Assembly (NCBI GenBank): GCA_965223705.1
Contig: OZ245015.1
Coordinates: 352,001-416,000 of the forward strand
DNA: 64,000 nucleotides
From: Myxococcota bacterium
GTDB lineage: Bacteria > Myxococcota_A > UBA9160 > UBA6930
Reading direction: 5' to 3'
Shown: piece by piece, positions 37,771 to 46,946 of the stretch
Numbering within the stretch: the stretch's first letter is position 1
Layout: every line of letters starts with the position of its first letter
Program-made: the position numbers and the translations under genes
Notes under the pieces: generated by a model
What the model was told of the DNA's origin: nothing
What the model saw: the letters and a program-made list of their open reading frames with translations, nothing else
Database searches by the model: none

Positions 37771-38990
37771 GCCGCGTTCGAGAACTTCGCGATGCACTCG
37801 GCGACGGCTGCGTAGGACAGCAAGAGCCGCTCGACATCGACGGCGAAGCAGTCAGCATCGTGGTCACGCCGAAATCTTCCGACGCTTTGTGCGAAGCCCT
37901 CAGCGCGATCCAGCGATTGGGCCTCGCCGCGCTGATCTGCGGCGGTGGAACGCGACTCGGTCTCGGCAATCCCCCGCGCCGCGCCGATCTCCTGTTGTCG
38001 ACCTCGGGGCTCTCGGGAATTGTTGAACTCGACGGGGCTGAGGGCGTGCTCTCGGCGGGCGCCGGGACGCCGCTTTCCGTCCTTCGCGAAGCGGCGCACG
38101 CAGCGGGTTGGCAGCTGCCGTTCGATCCGCCCGGTGCGACGTCGACGCTCGGCGGTGCGCTCGCGAGCGCCGCGGTGGGGCCGCGCTTCCCGTCGCCTCG
38201 GGCCTTCACACTGGGCCTCTCGATCGCCGGACCCGACGGGACCCGCACGCGCTTCGGAGGTCGTGTCGTCAAGAACGTGACGGGATACGACCTGGTCAAA
38301 GTCCACGTCGGGGCCTGCGGAAGTCTCGGTGTGCTCGAATCCGCCTGGGTTCGGCTGCAACCGATTCCGGAAGCTGTGGAAAACTACGCCGTCCGCATGA
38401 GCTTTGAAGATTGCTCCGAAGCCTGGGGACGCGTGCTCGAGGCGTCCCGTTTATCGAGTGTTCGCATGGCTGCTTGCGACGCGACGTCGGGCGAGGGAGA
38501 TCCGTTGCTCGCATTCGAGCTCGCCGGCGATGCGCCCGCGGTTGCGCGCGAAGCGGAGTCGCTGCGCAAGCTTCTCGCGGTCGAGCGAGACGACTCGGAG
38601 CGCGCTTCGAACGTTCGAGATGCCCAGGGCCGGTGTCCCGAGGGCGGCATCGCCGTTCGTCTCCGAAGCCTGCCGAGCCAGCTGCCCGCGGTCGTCGATC
38701 TCCTGGCCGGAGAAGGCGGGCGCTCGCTGCTCTACCCGCATCGAAGCGAACTCTTCGTCCAGTTCGAGGACGTCGCCGGCGGGAGGATCGATCTCGTGAT
38801 GGAGTGCGTCGCGCGAGCTGCGGAGCTCGGTCGCGGCTACTACGTCGTTTCGGGAGCCCCGAAGGCGCTCAAAGAACGCTTCGATGTTTTCGGATTTGCC
38901 GAATCGCAACGCCCGCTCTTCGAGAACATGAAGCGCGCATTCGATCCCGAAGGGACGCTGAACCCCGGTCGCTTCGCGGGGCGCCTGTGA
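37767..38990 (+). CDS. glcE: Glycolate oxidase FAD-binding subunit GlcE-like
   Basis: GGRVVKNVTGYDL and AFDPEGTLNPGR; lies between glcD and glcF. Confidence 0.8.
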   Translation: MSRVRELRDALGDGCVGQQEPLDIDGEAVSIVVTPKSSDALCEALSAIQRLGLAALICGGGTRLGLGNPPRRADLLLSTSGLSGIVELDGAEGVLSAGAGTPLSVLREAAHAAGWQLPFDPPGATSTLGGALASAAVGPRFPSPRAFTLGLSIAGPDGTRTRFGGRVVKNVTGYDLVKVHVGACGSLGVLESAWVRLQPIPEAVENYAVRMSFEDCSEAWGRVLEASRLSSVRMAACDATSGEGDPLLAFELAGDAPAVAREAESLRKLLAVERDDSERASNVRDAQGRCPEGGIAVRLRSLPSQLPAVVDLLAGEGGRSLLYPHRSELFVQFEDVAGGRIDLVMECVARAAELGRGYYVVSGAPKALKERFDVFGFAESQRPLFENMKRAFDPEGTLNPGRFAGRL

Positions 38991-40264
38991 CCGAGACGCG
39001 CGCAAACGACAGCACGGCGCTCGACGCGATCTATCCCAAGTCTCTCGACTGTGTCCATTGCGGGCTCTGTCTCACGTCGTGCCCGACGTACCGGGTCACC
39101 GGTCGCGAAACGTCGTCGCCGAGGGGTCGTATCTACCTGATGCGCGGGGTGGCGGAGGGGAAGATCCCCCTCGGCGAAACCGTCGCCGACGAGGCGTACC
39201 TGTGTTTGGGTTGCCGCGCCTGTGAGACGGCGTGTCCCTCCGGCGTCGAGTTCGGGACCTTGATCGAGAAGACGCGAGCCGAGGCGACGCAAGCTGGCTT
39301 GCGAAAGGGCTGGGCACCGAAGATCGAGCGCTTCGCGCTCCGCCAGGTCGTCGCTCGGCGCAAGGCGCTGTCAGCACTCGTGGCGCTATTGGCGACGGGA
39401 CAACGCTTCGGTCTCGATCGCCTCGTCGCGCGCTTCTTGCCCGAATCACTCCGCGACGCGCAAGCGCTGCTCCCTCCGATCCCTCGCCTGGCCGATCGCA
39501 AGCGTCTGCCGGCTTTCTCTCCTGCGGAGGGCAAGCGACGGGGGCGAGTCGCCTTTTTCGAAGGTTGCGTGATGCCGGAGCTCTTCGGCCGCGCAAACCG
39601 GGCCACGGTCTCGGTGTTGACGCGCAACGGTTTTGACGTGGTGGTCCCGCCCGAGCAGGTATGTTGCGGTGCGCTCCACGCGCATTCGGGTGATCCCGAA
39701 GCGGCGCACGAATTGGCGGAACGGAACCTCGCGGTCTTCGGCGACGAGAACGTCGACGCCATCATCAGCAACTCGGCGGGATGCGGGGCGGCGCTCAAGG
39801 AAACCGAACATTGGCTCGGGGCCGCCGCGAAGCCCTTGGCGACGCGCACACGCGATGTTCTCGAGTTTCTCGACGCCGTCGGACTCCGCGAGCCGACGAC
39901 CGAAGTCGCGATGCGCGTGTGTTACGACGATCCGTGTCACCTGATCCACGCGCAGCGCGTGGCAGATGCCCCGCGGCGCGTGCTCGGTGCGATCCCCGGA
40001 CTCGAATTGGTGCCGCACCGCGATCCCGGAAGCTGCTGCGGCGCAGCCGGGATCTACAACGTCACGCAACCCGAGATGTCGGCAGCGGTCCTCGAGCGAA
40101 AAATGGAAGCGCTCGCTGCGGCGGCTCCCGATGCGATCGTCTCCGGCAACCCGGGATGTTTGATGCAGCTCGCGAGCGGTGTGCGACAAGCGGGACTCCG
40201 CGCACGCGTGCTCCACCCTGTGGAGCTCCTCGCCGAGGCCTACGCCGCTAGCGGTAGAGGATGA
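38987..40264 (+). CDS. glcF: Glycolate oxidase iron-sulfur subunit GlcF
   Basis: CVHCGLCLTSCPTY, SPRGRI, CLGCRACETACPSGV and two CCG domains. Confidence 0.9.
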   Translation: MTETRANDSTALDAIYPKSLDCVHCGLCLTSCPTYRVTGRETSSPRGRIYLMRGVAEGKIPLGETVADEAYLCLGCRACETACPSGVEFGTLIEKTRAEATQAGLRKGWAPKIERFALRQVVARRKALSALVALLATGQRFGLDRLVARFLPESLRDAQALLPPIPRLADRKRLPAFSPAEGKRRGRVAFFEGCVMPELFGRANRATVSVLTRNGFDVVVPPEQVCCGALHAHSGDPEAAHELAERNLAVFGDENVDAIISNSAGCGAALKETEHWLGAAAKPLATRTRDVLEFLDAVGLREPTTEVAMRVCYDDPCHLIHAQRVADAPRRVLGAIPGLELVPHRDPGSCCGAAGIYNVTQPEMSAAVLERKMEALAAAAPDAIVSGNPGCLMQLASGVRQAGLRARVLHPVELLAEAYAASGRG

Positions 40265-42512
40265 CGTCCGGGTCTCGGCGAGGCAGGCGGACGCGTGGGA
40301 AGGCGCCGAGGCCGAGGTCGCCGATGGACCCTTGCAGCACGAGCTCGATCGGCAGAATGGATTCGCGACCGCGAACCAAACCGAACTTCTCCTGCACGCC
40401 CTCGTAGACGTAACTCGAGCGTGCCCTCGGGCGCATGTCCGCGTAGTGCGTCAGGCCGAGACGCGCGCGCTCGAAATAGCGGTCGCGATCGGCGTCGTGC
40501 TCGTATTGGAGGTCCGGGTCGGTGAGCGCGAGCCGTCGCGAGGTTTCGTCGAGCGTGGCGACGAAGCGCGCCAAGCGCTCTTCGCCGATCGCCTCGCGGC
40601 GGGTTTCGGGTTCGCCGCTGTCGCCCCCTTTCGGTGTGGCGTAGGAAATTTCGAGCACGCGCCCGCCGAGCATCGCGATGCCCTCGGGGTGGAGTTCACC
40701 GTTGGATTTGCGGCCGTCGATGAGTTCCGGACGCAGTCCGAGACCGCGAGGACCGACGACTTCCGGATTCTCCCGCAGGAAGTCCCGCGACAATCGGATC
40801 TCTTGAGGCGAGGTGTCGGCGAGCTCTTCACGCAACGCCTGGCCGGCTTCCTCGCCGCCCTCGGTGTCCGCGAAGTTTTTCGCCGCCCGCGACAACATGG
40901 CGTGCCGAAGCTCGGTCTCTTCGTAACCGAGAGCGTTGTCAAACGCCTGCTTTCCCGCCTTCTCGCGCAGTTCGGCGAGGTCCGCGGCGGGGCGTCCGCG
41001 CTTCTCGGCGATTCGCAAGGCTCCGACGTAGTTTCCGCGGCTGTGTTCGTACTTCTCGAGCCACGCGGAAACCTCATCGGCGTGCTCACCTCCCGGGTAC
41101 TTCTCGAGATACATCTCGGCGAAGACCGCCGGCGATCTACGCTTGGGTCGCACCCATGGAAACTGGATCAGGCGGCCGGGGAAGTTCGTGACGACCTGTG
41201 GGACGCTCGGCAACTCGATGGCCCACTCGAGAGCGCGCGGCAGATCGCGATCCCGCGCGCCTTTCGCCAGGTGCCCGAAGAAGAGCCAGCGCGCTTGGTC
41301 GCTCCGCTGTGTTCGCAGCGCCGCGCGATGGGCGGCCAGGGGGTTCTGATCGGGGCTACTCCACGCAACCGCGGCGTGGCGCGCCATGTTCGAGTCTTCG
41401 TCGGCCTCCTCGCCGAGCTTTCGGAGTGACTTCCACGCCGCGTCGTCTTCCCCCGCTTCGGAGGCGGCGAGTGCTTCTGCGAACGCGGCTTCATCGGCGA
41501 GCTCGGGCACCGCTTCGCGGAGGCGGATCGCCTCGCCAGCGATGTCTCCCGCTCCGAGGAGGGCCAAGGTCAAGCGCCGGCTGGCCTCCAATCGGTCGAG
41601 GGCCAAGTGCGCCGTCGCTTCGAGGCTGCGCGCCCTTTCGGCGTTCTCGAGCAGGGCCTGGGCTTTCGCCTCTTCGAGGACGCGGCTCGCCTCGGGGTCT
41701 TCCGCGGCGTAGCGCAGGGTGCGTTCCGCCAGCGCAACGGCCAGTTGCGCCTCTCCACGGTCGAGAGCTTCTTCCGCGAGTTTCAGGTTCTTCTGGCGCT
41801 GCGTCTCGTACCAGCGCCGTTGATTTCGTTCGATGCGCGGAATGAGTTCGAGCGCCCGCGGGTCGTCGGGGTTCGCCTCGACGAACTCCTTCCACTCGTG
41901 AAGCGCCATGCGTTCTTCCGGCGAGAGTGAGTCGCGCACGTGCTCCCGCACGCCGACGCGGACGAGCGCCTGGAGCACGCGGATCGGAAGCAGGTTGCCC
42001 GTCGCGATCGACCGCCCGACGGGCTCCACCAAGCTGTTCGCCGCTCCGCCGAAACGTCGCATTCGCGCGTCGCGTAGGTGCCGGTCCGCGTGCCGGAGCG
42101 GATCGCGCGCGACCTCTCTTTCAAGACGGCGGCGTTGGGTCTCCGCGAGGTCGTCCCGCGCCAGCAGTTCCCGCGCTTCGTCGCGGAAGTCGGCGCCCGA
42201 CTGTTGCAGCGTGGCGTGGAGTTCGGTTGCAAAAGGCACCAGTCCCGTGGGCGCTTCCCCTTCCTCGCTCCGCAGCGTTTCCGCCTCGCGCAGAGCTTCG
42301 AGCGCACGCTCCGTACCCTCCGTGTCGGAGATGAGCGCGTGTGCGGCGATCGAGGCCGCAAGCGCTTCTTCGGGTTCGGGCAATTGCGCGGGCCGCGCGC
42401 CGAGGGGGACGAGTGCCGTCGCCGGAGGCTCGTCCGGAGTGCTCGCGCAAGCCATCGACAGCATGGCGACCAGCAACGAAGCGAAAGCCCGTCTAACGGC
42501 TGAAGCGGTCAC
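40248..42512 (-). CDS. Large hypothetical lipoprotein (helical/TPR-like)
   Basis: LSMAC lipobox; long ORF overlapping its upstream neighbour. Confidence 0.7.
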   Translation of the reverse strand: MTASAVRRAFASLLVAMLSMACASTPDEPPATALVPLGARPAQLPEPEEALAASIAAHALISDTEGTERALEALREAETLRSEEGEAPTGLVPFATELHATLQQSGADFRDEARELLARDDLAETQRRRLEREVARDPLRHADRHLRDARMRRFGGAANSLVEPVGRSIATGNLLPIRVLQALVRVGVREHVRDSLSPEERMALHEWKEFVEANPDDPRALELIPRIERNQRRWYETQRQKNLKLAEEALDRGEAQLAVALAERTLRYAAEDPEASRVLEEAKAQALLENAERARSLEATAHLALDRLEASRRLTLALLGAGDIAGEAIRLREAVPELADEAAFAEALAASEAGEDDAAWKSLRKLGEEADEDSNMARHAAVAWSSPDQNPLAAHRAALRTQRSDQARWLFFGHLAKGARDRDLPRALEWAIELPSVPQVVTNFPGRLIQFPWVRPKRRSPAVFAEMYLEKYPGGEHADEVSAWLEKYEHSRGNYVGALRIAEKRGRPAADLAELREKAGKQAFDNALGYEETELRHAMLSRAAKNFADTEGGEEAGQALREELADTSPQEIRLSRDFLRENPEVVGPRGLGLRPELIDGRKSNGELHPEGIAMLGGRVLEISYATPKGGDSGEPETRREAIGEERLARFVATLDETSRRLALTDPDLQYEHDADRDRYFERARLGLTHYADMRPRARSSYVYEGVQEKFGLVRGRESILPIELVLQGSIGDLGLGAFPRVRLPRRDPDVILYR

Positions 42513-43452
42513 GGTCCACTCGTAGTGTGAAGGCGAGGAATCCCTCGAGTCGCTGTGCGGCTTCGATGCGCTCGGTCGCGCCGTCCTGGTTCGCCACGGC
42601 TTCGTAAAGACGCGCCGCCGAACTCACCAGTTCTTCGAAAGCCGGCGGATCGAAGCGCAGGCTCTCGGGCGGGTGCTTGGCGATGTACTCCTCGGCGAGA
42701 CCCGCGTAGAAATCCGCGAGCGCCAGCATGTGCCGATTGCGGTTCTTGCTGTCCCGATGCTCCATCACCAGCTGCTGGTGTGCCGCCAGCGCGCGTACGT
42801 CCCCGTCGGGCGAAAGTTTTCGCGTGTCGCTCAAGTAGCGGGCGCGCGCGAGATCGGTGTGCTCGAGCTCTTCGCGCAAGATGGCTTCGTAGTGTGTGCC
42901 GGTCACTTCCTGCGAGAGGACTTCGAGGAGCGCCCGGCGACTCGCGAGCGTATCGAGCGGCGTGAGAGGGCCCGTTTCTCCTGCGATACTCATGGCGATC
43001 GGTGTGCTCGCGCCGGGTTCCGGAACCAGCGTCGCCGCCTCCGCGAACGCGTCGCAGAGCGCCGCGTTGTGACGCGCTTCGTCCTGAAGCGGTCCCGCGT
43101 AGCGGGACGCGAGCCGGTACTGCTCGGCCGCGAGGTCGAAGGCCCGCAGCCGCTCGAGGGCGCGCGCTTTCGCGAAGGCGATGACGTCCGAGAAATGGCC
43201 CGCACGGAGTGCGTCGCCGTGTGCCGCTTCCAAGTTCTCGAGTCGCAACAGCGAGGCGCGGTAGACGTTGCGCCCGGTGAAGTCGCGGGCCGGCGCGAAG
43301 CGGTAGGTATCGTCGGCGACGTGGCGCCGCAGAACGGCGACGATCTCGAGCACGTTTTCCGCGGGGCGATACCGCGGATCCGGCGGAGGCGTCCGTCCGC
43401 AGCCGAAGACTGGCAGAAGCAGCAAAAACGCGACGAATCTCGTCGCGTTCAT
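42493..43452 (-). CDS. Hypothetical lipoprotein (helical/TPR-like)
   Basis: VFGC lipobox; ATGA coupling to cimA. Confidence 0.7.
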   Translation of the reverse strand: MNATRFVAFLLLLPVFGCGRTPPPDPRYRPAENVLEIVAVLRRHVADDTYRFAPARDFTGRNVYRASLLRLENLEAAHGDALRAGHFSDVIAFAKARALERLRAFDLAAEQYRLASRYAGPLQDEARHNAALCDAFAEAATLVPEPGASTPIAMSIAGETGPLTPLDTLASRRALLEVLSQEVTGTHYEAILREELEHTDLARARYLSDTRKLSPDGDVRALAAHQQLVMEHRDSKNRNRHMLALADFYAGLAEEYIAKHPPESLRFDPPAFEELVSSAARLYEAVANQDGATERIEAAQRLEGFLAFTLRVDRDRFSR

Positions 43453-45068
43453 CGCGTGGGCTTCCGGCGACGCGGTTTCGAGCCGGAGCTCGCCGCGACT
43501 TCGTTGAGCATTTTCTCCGTCGCAATGACCGCCGCCGCCATCTGATCCGAATCCACGCCCTGGGTCACGAGATTCCCGTCTTCGGGATGGCTACCCACCC
43601 AGCTGATCACGGTTTCGACAAGTGCGTGGGTGCGGCCTCCGGGGGGGATGCGCACCCGGAAGTCTGCGAGACGTGGAACGGAGATCTTGAAGCTCTTGAG
43701 CGCCTTCTTCGTCGCGTTCATGAACGCGTCGTAGCCGCCGTCGCCCTCGGCTTTCGCGGTCGATGTGCGACCTCGAAACGCGATCGTCACCGTCGCCGTG
43801 GGCACACTGTCATGACCGACGACCACTTCGTAGTCGCTCACGCGAATGAGCTGCTCGCTCGGAGTTTTCAGAACGTCGGCGATGATGAAACGCAGATCCT
43901 CGGGGACGACGGTGTGTTTCTTGTCCCCGAGCTCGATGATCCGCCGCAGGAGCGTTTCGCGCACGTCGTCCGGAAGCTCGATGCCCAAGTGCGCGAGATT
44001 CTGGTCGAGGGAAGCGCGGCCCGAAAGTTTTCCCAACGCGTAGCGGCGCTTGCGCCCGAACCGGGCGGGCAGCAAACGGCTCGCGTAGAGATCGCCCTTC
44101 GCGTCTCCATCGGCGTGAATCCCTGCCGTTTGCGTGAACACGTCGCGACCGACGATCGGAGCGTTCGCGGAGACCTCTTTGCCGCAGAACGTCTCGACCA
44201 ACCGCGAAGCCGCGACCAGCCGATCTTCATTCACGCCAGTCCGGTAGGGGGTGTGATCGTGCATGGCGGCCACGACTTCGACGAGCTTCGAGTTTCCTGC
44301 GCGCTCGCCCATGCCGTTTACGCTGGTGTGGATGCCGCGCGCGCCGGCCGCGACGGCCGCGAGACAATTCGCCGTGGCGAGCCCGTAGTCATTGTGGCCG
44401 TGGTACTCCATATGGAGATCGGGCCAGGTCCGGGTCATCAGCGAGACGAAGCGCGTGACCGCCGCCGGATCTTGGATGCCCAGCGTGTCGGGGAGGTAGA
44501 CGCGATCGACGCTGTGCTCGCGAAGGGTCTTCATCATCGCGAACACGTAATCGAACGAGTCGCGTACGCCATTCGACCAATCTTCCAAGTAGACGTTCAC
44601 GTGGAGCCGCCGCTTGCGCGCGTAGGCGATGGTATCTGCGACGCGCGCTCGGTGTTTCTCCGGCGTCATTCCGAGCTGGGTCCGGCAGTGCTTCTCCGAA
44701 CCTTTCGTCAGGAGGTTGATGACGCGGCCGCCGACGCCGTGAATCCAGTCGACAGAGGCCTTGCCGTCGCTGTAGCCCAGGATTTCGATGCTCCGCAGCC
44801 GCTTCGTCCGCCGGGCCCAACCGGCGATGCGCCGCGCGGCTTCGCGCTCGCCTTCGGAAACGCGAGAGCTGGCGATCTCGATGCGGTCGACCTCGACGTC
44901 TTCGAGCAGGAACCGCGCGAGCTGCAATTTTTCCGCCGGCGTGTAGGAGATATCCGGCGTCTGTTCGCCATCGCGCAGGGTCGTATCCATGACCTCGATG
45001 GGGGTCGTCGCGGAGACGGTCTTGCGCTTTTGGCGGGCGGAGGAAGTTGTCTTCGGGCGTTGGGCCAT
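43449..45068 (-). CDS. cimA: (R)-citramalate synthase / LeuA-family DRE-TIM enzyme
   Basis: DTTLRDGEQT, DRIEIASSRVSEGE, NVYLEDWSNG, HGHNDYG and GGRTHALVET resemble Leptospira/Bacteroidota-type CimA. Confidence 0.8.
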   Translation of the reverse strand: MAQRPKTTSSARQKRKTVSATTPIEVMDTTLRDGEQTPDISYTPAEKLQLARFLLEDVEVDRIEIASSRVSEGEREAARRIAGWARRTKRLRSIEILGYSDGKASVDWIHGVGGRVINLLTKGSEKHCRTQLGMTPEKHRARVADTIAYARKRRLHVNVYLEDWSNGVRDSFDYVFAMMKTLREHSVDRVYLPDTLGIQDPAAVTRFVSLMTRTWPDLHMEYHGHNDYGLATANCLAAVAAGARGIHTSVNGMGERAGNSKLVEVVAAMHDHTPYRTGVNEDRLVAASRLVETFCGKEVSANAPIVGRDVFTQTAGIHADGDAKGDLYASRLLPARFGRKRRYALGKLSGRASLDQNLAHLGIELPDDVRETLLRRIIELGDKKHTVVPEDLRFIIADVLKTPSEQLIRVSDYEVVVGHDSVPTATVTIAFRGRTSTAKAEGDGGYDAFMNATKKALKSFKISVPRLADFRVRIPPGGRTHALVETVISWVGSHPEDGNLVTQGVDSDQMAAAVIATEKMLNEVAASSGSKPRRRKPTR

Positions 45069-45138
45069 GGTTGTCCTGGGGGGATCTGCGACGGTATCCA
45101 GGGCATCTTACCTGTCAAGCGCCGGCTATGATTCCCAC

Positions 45139-46023
45139 ATGAGCGGGCCGCTACAGCGCGCGGACGTTGCCCTCGCAGCAGCGCTCAAGACTTCGCGGGC
45201 GGAAGCGCGCCGCATTCTCGAGCGCGGACCGGTCGAGCTCGATGGAAAGACCCGTCGATTGCGGAAAGGCGCCATGGTTCCCCGCGGCGCGCGCCTGCGG
45301 GCACCCGATTACCGGCCTCCGAGCGAGTGGATCCCCACGCCCGATCCGGACCTCCCTCTCGAGGTCCTCTCGCGTGGCGCGGGCTGGATCGCCGTCGACA
45401 AACCCGCGGGCGTGGCCGTACATCCCCGCGAGGAAAACGAGCGCGGAACGCTCCTCAACGCGGTGGTCGCGCGGGAGCCCGAAATCGTCGGTGTGGGCGA
45501 GGGCGGCCTGCGGAGCGGAGTGCTCCATCGCCTCGATGGGTTGACCTCTGGAGTCGTCCTATTCGCCACGGAGAATGGGTCTTTTTCGCTACTTCGAGAC
45601 GCCTTTTCCAAACATCTCCTCGACAAGCGCTACCGAGCGTGGGTTGCCGGCCAGATCGATTCTCCGAGGCGGGTCGAGCTCCCGCTCCGGATGGCCGCGC
45701 ATCATCCGGCCCGGGTGCGGGTCGCCGACGACCCGGGAGAACCGGGCGCTCGGTTGACGCGCCTGCGCTTTCGCCCGTTGCGTACGCTGGGAGAGGCGAC
45801 GGAACTCGAAATCGAGCTCGAGACAGGCCACCTCCATCAAGTGCGCGTCACGCTTGCGCACCTGGGGCACCCCGTCCTCGGCGATCCCGTCTACGGCACC
45901 GCGGACGGCGCACCGCGCCTCATGCTCCATGCGGCGAGCGTCACGTGGCCAGGTCTGGACGTGCACGCCGAAAGTCCGCTTCCCCGAGAATTCCGAGATG
46001 GGCAGCGGCTGTGCGCGCGGTAG
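45139..46023 (+). CDS. RluA-family pseudouridine synthase
   Basis: VDKPAG, LHRLD..TSG, ETGHLHQVRV, GHPVLGD and LMLHA. Confidence 0.9.
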   Translation: MSGPLQRADVALAAALKTSRAEARRILERGPVELDGKTRRLRKGAMVPRGARLRAPDYRPPSEWIPTPDPDLPLEVLSRGAGWIAVDKPAGVAVHPREENERGTLLNAVVAREPEIVGVGEGGLRSGVLHRLDGLTSGVVLFATENGSFSLLRDAFSKHLLDKRYRAWVAGQIDSPRRVELPLRMAAHHPARVRVADDPGEPGARLTRLRFRPLRTLGEATELEIELETGHLHQVRVTLAHLGHPVLGDPVYGTADGAPRLMLHAASVTWPGLDVHAESPLPREFRDGQRLCAR

Positions 46024-46559
46024 TCCTCACCGCGTCCGAGACGCTTCAGACCCAGCGGGCGGCAGGTTTTCTGGTCGAGGGTCTACGCGGGGGCCTGCCC
46101 TCGGATGCACAGACCGCGTGCTTCGACTGCGAGGAGGCGGATCCCGAGGAGTTGGCGCGCTCGGACGTTCTTGTTCTCGGTACGCCCGTTCACATGGCGG
46201 GCCCTGCGGCGAGCCTGCGTCGTTTTTTCGAGCGAACTGCACCGCTCTGGCTAGCCGGGACGGTGCGCGGAAAGGTCGGCGCCGCGTTTGTCACCGCGGG
46301 CCGGGGCGGGCTCGGCGGGGCGGAGTTCACCCTCATCGCCCTCCACGCATTCCTCGCGGAGCACGGCTATTTGCTCGTGACGATGCCTCGGGGCATCCCG
46401 GGCTTCGCCGAAGTCGGTTGTCACTGGGGGCCGATCGTCGAGACAGGGATCGGGCAGGCGGAACTCAGCGAGGGAAGTCGCGCGGGCTTGCGATCCCACG
46501 GCGAGCATATCGCCGCGGTCGCTCGGCAAATGGCGACCGGCACCGCGGCGGGCGCCTAG
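46011..46559 (+). CDS. Flavodoxin/WrbA-like protein
   Basis: LVLGTPVHMAG, GKVGAAF and GGAEFTL. Confidence 0.75.
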   Translation: MRAVVLTASETLQTQRAAGFLVEGLRGGLPSDAQTACFDCEEADPEELARSDVLVLGTPVHMAGPAASLRRFFERTAPLWLAGTVRGKVGAAFVTAGRGGLGGAEFTLIALHAFLAEHGYLLVTMPRGIPGFAEVGCHWGPIVETGIGQAELSEGSRAGLRSHGEHIAAVARQMATGTAAGA

Positions 46560-46879
46560 TTCTCGCGTTCCATCGTGAGACGCATCGCCAAGGCCTTCTC
46601 GTCTTCGGCCTCTGGGATCATTCCCTTCTTTTGATAGAAGATCGAGAGACTGGTGTGACCCAGGGGCTCGTCGGGCTCGAGCTCGACCAGCTTGCGCCCC
46701 GCCTCGAGCGCACCGTCGATATCCCCCAGACGATCGAGGGACATGGCGAGCCCGTTCCAGGCGATCGCCAGCTCGGGGTCGCTCTCCACGGCGGCGCGGT
46801 AGTGGGTGACGGCGTCTTCGTAGTCCCCGGCCAAGAACCGCTCGAAACCGGATTTGTAGTGAGTCTTCGCTTCGGACAC
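46556..46879 (-). CDS. Small TPR protein
   Basis: TPR pattern; HTSLSIFYQKKGMIPEAE. Confidence 0.75.
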   Translation of the reverse strand: MSEAKTHYKSGFERFLAGDYEDAVTHYRAAVESDPELAIAWNGLAMSLDRLGDIDGALEAGRKLVELEPDEPLGHTSLSIFYQKKGMIPEAEDEKALAMRLTMEREN

Positions 46880-46946
46880 TTCCCGAGTGTAGCCATCTCC
46901 GGGCCCTGGCTAGACTTTCCCCGGAGCGTTGCTGGCGGAGGGGGAT

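Noticed and set aside
43587..45131. Long antisense or alternative-frame ORFs (also 607-2391, 35621-37258, 56859-58742 and others)
   Set aside because: Expected shadows of real genes in high-GC DNA; no recognisable motifs
45131..45138. TTCCCAC half-sites (also near 55903) matching the DUF6502-associated palindrome
   Set aside because: Only one arm is present; likely chance
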